Of a DNA stretch of 64,000 nucleotides, positions 53,229-64,000 are shown one piece after another. This DNA comes from Octopus vulgaris (lineage: Eukaryota), in NCBI GenBank assembly GCA_951406725.2, contig OX597823.1:113522001-113586000 (forward strand). The letters are read 5' to 3'. The notes under the pieces were generated by a model that was given only the letters and a program-made list of their open reading frames with translations, was not told the origin of the DNA and made no database searches. Made by a program: the position numbers and the translations under genes. Positions within the stretch are counted from its first letter, which is position 1. Each line of letters starts with the position of its first letter.

Positions 53229-53885
53229 TATAGATTTGCACAAACAACTTTACATAAATTTGTGAGTACACCGACTTGCACCCAAATACACATACACACA
53301 AACACACACGCACACACACACGTATTTAATAAACAGCATAAACGTTTACTTCCCGTTCAAGAGTATGAAACGGGATCTAGTTGTCAGTTTATCGATTTGT
53401 TTGTATATATATACATTCATAGATACATACATACATGTATGTATATATATGTATATATGTGTATATATACATGTATATATACATGTATCTATACACACAC
53501 ATACATACTTATATATATATATATATACACAGAATCATATATGCATAAACTCCCACGCAGTTACACACAGTCACACATGCACACACAGAAACACACACAG
53601 ACTCCCACACACATGCACACACTCAAACGCACACACGCACGCACACACACAGACACACACATATGAAGTAAATACATAAAGGTAATAAAGAATAAACGTT
53701 TCGCTATTATTCTTGTGTATGAATCTGTATGTAGCTGTCAGTTTATCGATCTATAATATAAACATACATATAATAGAATAAAATAATATATATATACATG
53801 TATATATACATAAACAAATACACACAGACACACATGCACACGCACACAAACACACGCATGCACTCACATGTATACACACACAAAT

Positions 53886-53936
<51 letters not shown>

Positions 53937-54604
53937 TGTCTGTATGTATTTGTCGCTAGATTGATAGCCAGTTAGCGTTACACAGAAATACAGGGACTTG
54001 TATACAGCAGTTGTTGTTATTGCGATTCACACGTATGTATGTATGCAGCAGTGCTCGAGTGTGTGTTTATGAGTGTATGCGCGTGTGGCTAGATGTGTAG
54101 TTTGTAACGGAGCCATGACTGATTAGCTTTCCCTATTAAGCAAATCCATTTAGCGAGTCTAAACAACATACGAAGAACACCACAGACCCACATTCGATAA
54201 ACCCAATTACTCAGGGAACGTAATAAAACAAGGCACTGAACGGCAACAACTACAGCAACAACAACAAGCACGACCACAATAGCAAAACCACATAAGACCT
54301 TGCCAACAGAGATTACAACAGCAACAACAACGGCAACGACTCTGTTCAGAGCATTTTGGTTTCAACAACCTGTTGACATGGACTAATGACTCACTTCTTC
54401 GATTGGAACAAACAAGGTTGAACGATATGTTAATAGCCAATGAGTAATACACCCGTTTCATATACTCGACAAATGGGCTGAAAAATCTATGACTCATTTG
54501 CGCAACATACAAGGAATCTGATTCTGATGCAAGGTTGGAGAAAATTCATTCTAAAAACCTTAGTCATGATTATATACATACACACATAGGTATTACATAC
54601 GTGC

Positions 54605-54649
<45 letters not shown>

Positions 54650-54699
54650 AGAGAGAGAGAGAGAGAGATAGATAGATAGATAGATAGATAGATATACAT

Positions 54700-54705
54700 A
54701 AATAC

Positions 54706-54744
<39 letters not shown>

Positions 54745-55035
54745 TATACACACATGTATGTATACATGTATATATATATATATACACATATATATACACA
54801 CATGTATGTATACATGTATATATATATATACATATATACAAACGCATGTATGAATACATGTATATATATATACATATATATACAAACACACATGCATGTA
54901 TACATATATATATATATATATACACACACACATGTATGTATACGTGTATATATATATACACACACATGTATGTATACATGTATATATATATACATATATA
55001 TATACACTCACATGTATGTATACATGTATATACAT
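54700..55035 (+). repeat. TA/CA-derived minisatellite ('tatacacacatgtatgtatacatgta')
   Basis: A repeated composite unit is visible. Confidence 0.8.
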
Positions 55036-56000
55036 ATATTTATGTATACGTATACATGAGAGGATTTGTGTGTGTATGTATGTATGTGTGTGTGTGTTGA
55101 TGTATATATTTATACATGTAATATATATATATACACATGCATATATACAAATGGTTGTGTTGTGTATATATATATGCATAGATTTACACATGGTTGTGCA
55201 GTGTGCGTGAATGAATATATATGCATACATGTACATAAAAGTTTTGATCTAAAATTTCCTAACGCATTTTTTAACTACTATCTTTCAAACCACGTTTCTG
55301 TTTCAAGCAATAAAACCAATGAATATGCTTTATTCGTCTTCAATTGACATTCATTCCTTTTTTAATTTATTATATTTAAACGTTATCTTTACATTTCATG
55401 AGTGAGTGTAACATGCGTCGTTCATATATTTATCGATGCTATTTTTGTCGTATATTTTTCTATATCCTTTTGTCTTTTGTATCGTGTGTCCTGCTGTGTT
55501 AGAGTTGTGTCGTTTATGGGCGTTATATACGTTTGCTAAATATAGAATTTCAACATGATAAATCATTTATTCATTGGTTAACATTGCATCTGCTTGTGGT
55601 TTTGCTATGTACCACGTCGTGTTATCAACTGTGAATTAATCAAAATTTAATTTTTAATGGCCAATATATACATATTTATATATATATATATATATATATA
55701 CTCACACCCACATCCCCCATACACTCACACACTAGTGGTGATCCAGAATGGCCACGGCCTTGAGGCTGAAACCTATAGAGAGAGCAGAATAAAGTTTGCA
55801 GTTCATCTTTCTCCAGGAGGTATGGATGTTGCCCCGTACTTCTCTGAAGTTATAGGTCCTTAGGTATAATTCAAGGTAAATCTAACAGGTGTTTTAGCAG
55901 TATTTTGTATGATGCGTTCATGTCTGTGTCTTATCGACTTTCACTTCTTATTATTCTATTTTATTTCGTATAAACTGTGAACTTCCCTGTCTAGAACTTT

Positions 56001-56076
56001 GTCTCTGATGACAGAATACCCAGTGTACGAAAATGCTAGCCTATCACTTGGGATATCCCAGAAAGAGCTGTATGAC
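56001..56076 (+). ncRNA. Degenerate type I hammerhead
   Basis: GUCU-CUGAUGA-...(uacccagug/cacuugggaua)...-GAAA-GAGCUG-UA-UGAC, with several stem mismatches. Confidence 0.45.
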
Positions 56077-56112
56077 TCCAAGTTCACGTGACCTTAATTA
56101 AATTATAATAAA

Positions 56113-56345
56113 CTAGTAGAGGTACCCGGCGTTGCTGGGTGTGTGAATGCTTCATCATTCTAAGAACACTTATTTTTTTAGATTAGCGACCGGCGCTGCC
56201 AAAGCTGTTTTGAAAAACATAGAAAATTCTATGCCAAACGTACCAAAATTCGCAGAAAACTTACAATTTTCTTTGTGAAATATGGTACAACCGCAAAAGT
56301 AGAGAAAAATACCGGTTTCTCTAAGAAAATTTGAAATATATGGGT
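56113..56345 (-). mobile_element. Helitron 3'-end fragment
   Basis: ctagtagaggtacccggcgttgctggg is the reverse complement of hairpin + CTAG. Confidence 0.5.
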
Positions 56346-56349
56346 GTAT

Positions 56350-56598
56350 AAAGGTAAAGGTAAAGGTCACTTTCTCGAGTCATACCGACTCCCGGTTTCC
56401 ATGGCGTTTAAAATCCCCACTTGGATGGGACGCTTGTCCATCATAGGTTTACTCATTCTGCCAGCTGAGTGGACTGGTGTAACGTGATAAGAAGTGTTTT
56501 GCTAAAGAACAGAACGCGTCGCCCGGTCCAGGAAGCAAAATCACAATCTTAGGATCATGAGTCCAACACCCTAAGCAGTAAGCTACGTGCATCCGCAT
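56350..56598 (-). mobile_element. tRNA-derived SINE family D with a (CCTTTA)n tail
   Basis: Minus-strand head similar to the 22105 copy; tail aaaggtaaaggtaaaggt. Confidence 0.7.
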
Positions 56599-57094
56599 TT
56601 GATTGTATAATGACTTGAAATTTACGAAAATACACATATAAAAAAAAAGGAAATGACACGCTGTACTTCATTCACTCCAGGTCGCGCAACACCAGTTGAG
56701 GTAGCATTGCTGGCATGGCCAGTGGCGTGCTCTTGTACGTTCACTCGAGCTCGCGCAGAAGCAGCTGCTGTTGTAGCATCCTGACAAGGCAGAGGGTGCG
56801 CATCTTTACATAGACCTACATATGTTTCAATTGTACCGATTAGTAACCTTTGAAATTGTAACGCTACCATAATACCGGAGCGGCTTCTTCAGGGTTTTAC
56901 TTAATATCCTTAGACTTAACTGTCTAAAGGTTTTCGTTTATCTATACCACATTGTAAATAAAGTTCTGCTAGAAATAGGGCAAAGATGACACTATCGTAA
57001 GGAGTAAGAATGGAGGACCTGTTGGAAATGAATTTGATTCTACCACTCGAAATTAAAACTAAATCTGAGAGAAATATTAAAAAAAAAATCATAT

Positions 57095-57256
57095 AGGCGC
57101 TGGAGTGGCTGTGTGGTAAGTAGCTTGCTTACCGGGTTCAGTCCCACTGCGTGGCACCTCGGGCAAGTGTCTTCTACTATAGCCTCGGACCGACCAGAGT
57201 CTTCTAAGTGGATTTGGTAGACGGACACTGAAAGAAGCCCATCGTATATATGTATG

Positions 57257-57294
<38 letters not shown>

Positions 57295-57300
57295 AATATA

Positions 57301-57341
<41 letters not shown>

Positions 57342-57503
57342 AGGTATGTGTGTGCGTATGTGTGCGTGTGACTGTGACAGTGTGTGTTTGTGTGTCTGTG
57401 TTTGTCCCCCCCAACATTGCTTGACAACCGATGCTGGCGTTTTTATGACACGGTAACTTAGCGATTCGGCAAAAGAGACCGATAGAATAAGTACTAGGCT
57501 TAC
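57095..57503 (+). mobile_element. SINE family A (3' truncated, internal microsatellite expanded)
   Basis: 'ggcgctggagtggctgtgtggtaagtagcttgct...gataagtactaggcttac'. Confidence 0.85.
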
Positions 57504-57784
57504 TTCGTTCTACAATTTTGGGTTCTCCGAGTTCATTCTTGTAGTGCAGCACTTGGATAAATGCCTTCTCTAACAGTTTCCGATGGACAAATATAGTAAG
57601 AGATGAAATATCAATCTTAGCAAATACATCGTACATACACATACACACCCACACACACGCACGCACGCACACACACATGCGCATGTGTGTACGTACACCC
57701 ACCAGGACATTCATCCACACGTCCAGTCATCCACTCACATACAGCATAGACCCATACATACGCATGCGCGCACACACTCGTATA

Positions 57785-58200
57785 TACGAAGGGAAGTCAA
57801 AAATGATCTGCACTTGCGCCATATCATGTCTTTATTTTTGTCACACTGCCTTCTACGCATGCGTATTCATAGTTGGTACTATTGTGGTCATGAGATTGAA
57901 ATCTAAGCCTGATTGTACTATTTTTTCTTTCTGAGTTTACAGTGTAAGCATGGCCACTCCACTAGCGACGTGCACCAAAGAAGAAGAAAGAAGAGTGATC
58001 CGATTTCTCTGGTCAGAAGGTGTGTCACGTGGTGAAATTCATCGGACGCTTTTAGCACAATATGGCGACATGTAGCAGTGTGTATGAGTAGATGCAGAAG
58101 TTTAAAATAATCCGGACAATCATGACGCATGAAGAGGGAGTAGGACACCCGTCAATCTCTACCAGTGACGAGAAGATTGAGCAAGCTCGGTTCACAGTGT
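57785..58200 (+). pseudogene. 5' part of a mariner element (TIR + transposase N-terminus from ATG 57950)
   Basis: TA-CGAAGGG TIR start and 'MATPLATCTKEEERRVIRFLWSEGVSRGEIHRTLLAQYGD...GHPS', a mariner HTH region. Confidence 0.8.
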
Positions 58201-58206
58201 TAGGGA

Positions 58207-58251
<45 letters not shown>

Positions 58252-58329
58252 GGAGGGAGAGGGAAGGAGGGAGAGAGTCAGGTAGATGTATGCTACTGAG
58301 TATCCTTCCCGTCTCCAGGAAAGATACGC

Positions 58330-58680
58330 AGTAATATAAATCTGGAAAATCCTAGAACTTGTACCAAACTCTGTCATTGTTAGTTACACAAATAGCAGAA
58401 CGGGGCACCACTGGATAGTACCAAATATCCCAACATTTCCATCAGGATACAGGACCAGCTACTTCAACAGCCGGGGCTTCAGTTGCTCACAGCGGTTTTA
58501 TATCTTCCCACAAAGCCATAGCGACTTACTTGGGGTGGATGTAGACGTCTTCAAATAAAACTGATCTCCTCCTGTCAAGAGTTCCGGAGGAAACTAACTC
58601 GAGGCAAGAAACGCAGACGAGGGGAGCAAGATGAAAGTCCCTCATTCCTCAGATGCCTCATACCAGAGGATGTGAGGGTG
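58330..58680 (+). pseudogene. CR1-like LINE 3' fragment
   Basis: 'IWKILELVPN' plus decayed C-terminal residues similar to the 60200-60470 region. Confidence 0.5.
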
Positions 58681-59049
58681 TGGGTATTAGAATTCTGAAC
58701 AAGATTACTGTATCTTCTTGGCTCTTCTGAATTTCACTTCCCACATACGTGTACGTTGTCTCATTTGCAATACTTTTCTGTGTACATACACGCATGGAAA
58801 TACTTTCCCAAATAAATTGCACTTCACTTGTGAAGTTCCTATGAAGCTACAAGGTGATACACATGAACTCAACTACGAGTCCACACATATTATAGAACAA
58901 ACAACTTTAAGCTAATAAAATTCATTCGATGCTTGTCTATTCCTTTGTTTGTCAATATCTTATTACCGCATTGTAATCTACTAATGCTTTGTTCTGAAGA
59001 AAATTCACGCTGAATTTTACAGCATAGTATTCGTACTGCAATACCTAAG

Positions 59050-59129
<80 letters not shown>

Positions 59130-59192
59130 TTATATGTATGTATGTATATGCATGTATGTATATATATATATATATATGTATATATATGTATG

Positions 59193-59246
<54 letters not shown>

Positions 59247-59629
59247 CAATATCGGTAGCTAATTCGCAATTTTACCACCGAAAGGTAGAAATATATATGT
59301 CACTAAAGCGACAAAGGGCACTGGTCAGCACCAGTATTGCTAAACATAAGAGTCAAAAACAACTCAATAGCCACAGAAGCACTACTTTAATGACTGATAA
59401 GGGATACAAGCTCCATACAATCGCAGATGTAACCAGATCATCGATGATTTCACATTTTGTCTTAACGCATCTTAATGTTCATCGGAGGCTCTCACCGCGC
59501 CTAGGGTTAACATCAGCTCGCTTTCTAAGCTTATAGGATTTCCGTTGAAATCATACGCTGATTTCATAAACTGTAAAAGTGAAAATTATAAATAATATGC
59601 CTGACTAATTCGCATATTATTTATAATTT

Positions 59630-60560
59630 TCCCCATGCAATCTGCCACTCTCAACAACTACTTTGGTAATACAAAATTATCAGAGGCAGTCAATGACTCT
59701 GATGATACACTAAAACTGAGAAATGACCTGAATTCCATATCCAGGAGAATGAGGAGAATAACATGCAGTTCAATGCTGAATAGTTTCAAGCACAGCATTA
59801 TTTTCCCACAAACAGACTAGAATCGGAATACACATGACCATAAGATAGAGCAATCCCAGAGTCAACAATCTCTGCGTGACCTGAGAATCCACATAACTAA
59901 TGATGCATCATTCAATGTGAATATTTCCAAGATGACAACACTGTACATGTGAGTGGCTGGCTGGATTCTGAGATCATTCAGAACCATGAAAAAGGATACC
60001 ACGCTACTCCTAGGAAGAACTTTCGTTCTCAGTGGTATGGATTACTGCTCCCAGCACTGAATATCAGAGTGTCAAAGTAATGGCAGAACTCAAAGCAGTC
60101 CAGCACCACTACCCTTAGAAGATTGAGTCGAGGCAACATACGCGCTACTGGGAGGGGCAACAAGAACTGAAACTCTACTTACTAGAGAAACGACTCGAAA
60201 AATATGCAGTTACACACATATGAAAGATTCTGGAAGGTTTATCTGTCAACTTTACAAAGGAAATCTATACCAAGCACCGAAAAGGTTGGCAAAAGATCCT
60301 GTTTTCTCCATCCAGCATAGGAACACTATAGTGGGTTTCAATGGTCTTCAGCTATTCAACATTTTGTCAAACAACCTCAGGGATTTGCGAGGTATATTTG
60401 TGGAGGTCTACAAAGAAGGTCTGGAGAAATCTGGGATAGCAGATGAACCTTCATCGTGACAGGGCAGAGATAGCTGCTCGTCCGACTCTATTCTTCACAA
60501 GAAACAATATAGTAAAGAAGCCCACTCACACTGAAAGGTGGTGCCCCAGCATGGCTCCGA
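59630..60560 (+). pseudogene. Decayed CR1/L2-like LINE (RT C-terminus to 3' end)
   Basis: 'NTKL..D...LRNDL', 'MQFN', 'GWILRSFRT', 'DYCSQ', 'LYLLEKRLEKY' and 'GLQLFNIL...LRDL'. Confidence 0.7.
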
Positions 60561-60926
60561 CTTGCAACTAAAATCAATAAAACTAGAAAACAACGGTAAG
60601 AAAATAACTTGTTTCTTTACGGGTCATTTGGACCCTCAGAAGTAGGTTGATAATCTGGATAGTTGGGACGTGTGTGATTAATACAAGATAAACATACATT
60701 TTAAAATTTTAAGATTCTGTATTCAAGTGAAAATATTATACAAGTAGGTGTTTTCTACAAAGTTTTCAACTATGTCTCCATTAACTAGTGTCAAAGCATG
60801 CTGTGCATAGAAACACATTCACACATACAGAACGACATATATAAACGATTATATGTGAATACACACTCAAACATATAAGCACACACACACTCACACATAC
60901 ATATAATCATACATAAATTTATAAAT

Positions 60927-60960
<34 letters not shown>

Positions 60961-61668
60961 GCATATGCATACATATATGCCAATATACATATGTGCGTGA
61001 TTTGAATGTGCCCCGTTAGTGTATGTGTGAATCCAGTTATTTAATAATATATATACGCTTGTTGTGTGCATTCGTCCGTATGCATGTATATTATATACGT
61101 TTCTTCTATATATGTCGAGATGAAACATAATATTCGTAAGTACTTGCAATAAATAATGGACTAAAACCGGCCATAAACGCATCGATTAAAATGCATGACA
61201 AGATAAAAGGATTCAAAATGGCGGTAACACACACAGTAAACTTAGTTCAAAGTATCAAATAATAAGATGAGTCAATAGACGGTTAGTGGAACATAATTAC
61301 AGAAGCTAGCAATACGAGGATATTGTCGTTACGTTTCTGACTAATGGAATTGTAGAGTAAAATGGCTGATAGTCTCTGATGATAGCCAGAATTATTGATA
61401 TCGTAGTAAATACGATATTTGGTAAGAGAATTTTCTTGATATTCTCCACAGAGCCTAACGAGATGCCTGAGATAAATGCATATACGTCCACTTACGTATA
61501 TATGTATCTGTATGTATACATGTGTGTGTATCTTTCTATCTATCTACCTATATATATATATATATATATGTATACGTTATATTATAATGTATATCATGCA
61601 TATGAATGTATATACATTTACATACATAACTGTATGTGTGTGTATACACACATACATACATATACATT

Positions 61669-61727
<59 letters not shown>

Positions 61728-61763
61728 TTCTGTCCGTGCATGTCTGTACTTTATGAGTGGGTG

Positions 61764-61797
<34 letters not shown>

Positions 61798-62790
61798 TAA
61801 TTTAATTTGATATAGTATATTATATTACCTTATATTATACTAAGTAAATTACTGTCAATATCTCGTTGCCGATACCTTGGATTTCCCGTCAACAGATATA
61901 ATCTGCTGATATTCTTTCAGAAAGCGGGGAATCTTACTTTAAACCCCAATAAACGAAAATAAACGAATATGATTTTCCGAAATACAAGGATCGTGTTACA
62001 CAGGATTTTATAATTCTGATATCATATAAAGATACAGTATTACTTGTAATAACATAGTTGATAACTGCTTACTATAAATATCTTTGTCGTATTTAGTTTG
62101 TACTTGGTTGCAGCAAAAGAGAACATTCATGTACACTTATTGTCAATTTATAATTGGCAGCTTCAAAGCGACGAGCATACGCATTCTCTCACTTTACGCA
62201 CACTCATTAGTGACTGCCGCATCACTAGAAACAGATGCATGGAAATACGAATTATGGCAGAATTTTACAAAATATTCTCGCACTTTATCGGATATAATTA
62301 TGGAGTAATATTATGAGTCGAACTTAGTTATATTTATATTTTGCCAGGTATATATGACACTCGGTGTGAACGTTGTACGGATGATTTACGTTGAATTAAA
62401 ACTATAGCAAATAGATGTGGATATGTTTATGTTGAAGTGCCGTACTCGGTCCCGAATCCTTTTGCTGCTATCATTAAAGCAGCCTCAGGACCGAAGAGAC
62501 GAAGTATGTTATGGCATTCATTTTGTATTATATTGTAAACAAGACTCGCCTTCCGTAAATAATGTTGGGATAATAATCTTATAAACTTCTACCGTACTCA
62601 ACATTCAAAAGGTATAATGCTGCATATTCATAGATTATGTTTATTGGGAAAAGGTACCTCCAAACATTAGCATTATTCACATATACGATCCATGGATTGT
62701 TATATGGATTCTTAGCATGTTTTATATAGTGAAATAAGATTATACACAGTAAATCAGGTATTTTAAAAAAATTTAATAAAAAATAACAAC

Positions 62791-63159
62791 TTATTCGTCA
62801 ATAATGTATTCACCTTTGTTGTGTAAAACTTCTTCCCAACGTTCAACAAGATTTTGAAGACCTCGTTGATAGAAATCACCCGATTTCGACTCGAAAAATT
62901 GATCCAACCAAGCTCTCAATTCTGCATCAGTATTGAACGAAATACCGCGCATAGCATTTGAAAGAGATCGAAAGAGGTGGAAATCCGTTGGTGCCAAATC
63001 AGGAGTGTACGGCGAGTGTGGCAGTACTTTCCGGACATGCGTTTGAATGGCTTCCTTAGTCATATTGGCGATATGAGGACTGGCGTTGTCGTGCAGCAGA
63101 AGAACTCCATGCTGCCGATTAGGTCTTTTCTCTTGAATAGCCGTATTGAGTCGTTCCAT
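62791..63159 (-). pseudogene. Mariner (DD34D) transposase C-terminal fragment
   Basis: 'LLHDNASPH', 'LPHSPYTPDLAPTDFHLFRSL' and 'GL..LVERW....KGEY'. Confidence 0.9.
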
Positions 63160-63189
63160 TTGTTTAACATAGAATTAGCAAGAGCAACA

Positions 63190-63810
63190 CCCTGAAAGTA
63201 ACCGTGGTAACAGTATCCTTATAAGAATTGCTTCAAGTTACGTACGTTGAGCTTGTCATTTAGTAACTGATATGCTATCAATGGTAGATCTTGAATCCTG
63301 CAGTCAATGTAGTAATTATACTTGTGTTGTTATATTACATAGGCGTACAGACATAGGCTTTTGCCACAAATGTTATCAATGTGACCAGAAATGGAATAAG
63401 TTATTGTGGATCTCTTTAGTAGATGGGCATTTGTGAAACGGTAGTCTCGAGTGGGATAATCGTAAAATGAATCCTTCCTTGTTGATAGCTTTGAGGTAGC
63501 AGCGTCTTTTTTCTGCAATGGAGCATCTTAAGAAACCATATATATGGTTGTATTTTCCCCGTCTCTTTCCTTTGTCTTGCTGTTGCCCTAGAATTATCTG
63601 CAGAGACCTATTATTCTGAGGAACTTCCTGGTTTGGGATTATATTCTTGTAAGTGGATTTATTCGAAAATCTGTGGAACAACAAAGTTTGCGTATGATGC
63701 AAAATGGAAATATTATAATCTTTTATTTAATCTGCTGAAGCGATAGTATAGGATTTGGAGCAATGTAGAAAAAAATGATGGCCAGCTAGAGCTCACAATG
63801 TATTCAGGAT
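63190..63810 (-). pseudogene. Possible decayed Penelope-like (GIY-YIG) coding remnant
   Basis: Only a weak remnant ('LEAILI') among many stops. Confidence 0.25.
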
Positions 63811-63816
63811 GTGATA

Positions 63817-64000
63817 TCTTTATATATAAAAGTCAAGTTGTGTGTCTGTCTCCAACGATTTAGATTCCTAACTACTCCCACATTTTGCGGTGCAGTTTAA
63901 CCAAAACCGGGTATCTTATAGTCGTGATTCATATCGAGCCCTTCTGGGTATTAGCGCGCGTCTACGATGAGTCTACGATTTAAAAAAAATTTACCATCAT
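63817..64000 (+). mobile_element. 5' end of a non-autonomous Helitron (runs off the window)
   Basis: A|TCTTTATATATAAAAGTC...; the reverse complement of the 31211-31602 family. Confidence 0.8.

Overview
AT-rich, microsatellite-dense eukaryotic DNA with no convincing host protein-coding gene. Its tRNA-derived SINE families resemble those described from Octopus, so an octopus/coleoid intergenic or intronic region is inferred. It holds many SINEs, non-autonomous Helitrons, decayed mariner/Tc1 transposons and decayed LINEs (R4/Dong-like, RTE-like, CR1-like). Two things stand out. (1) At 17035-18185 is a near-perfect array of ~353-bp units, two direct plus one inverted. Each unit carries an intact type I hammerhead ribozyme (CUGACGA/GAAA/GUC, palindromic stem III), giving a retrozyme / Penelope-pLTR-like, potentially circRNA-producing element. 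About 9 other hammerhead-like motifs from different families lie next to (TA)n tracts. (2) At 9065-11266 is a 2.2-kb retro-insertion with a perfect 15-bp TSD inside a SINE's tRNA head. It encodes an L1/Tx1-type ORF1 (RRM + CCHC knuckle) and an unknown in-frame second ORF, but no reverse transcriptase. All calls were made by eye, without database searches.
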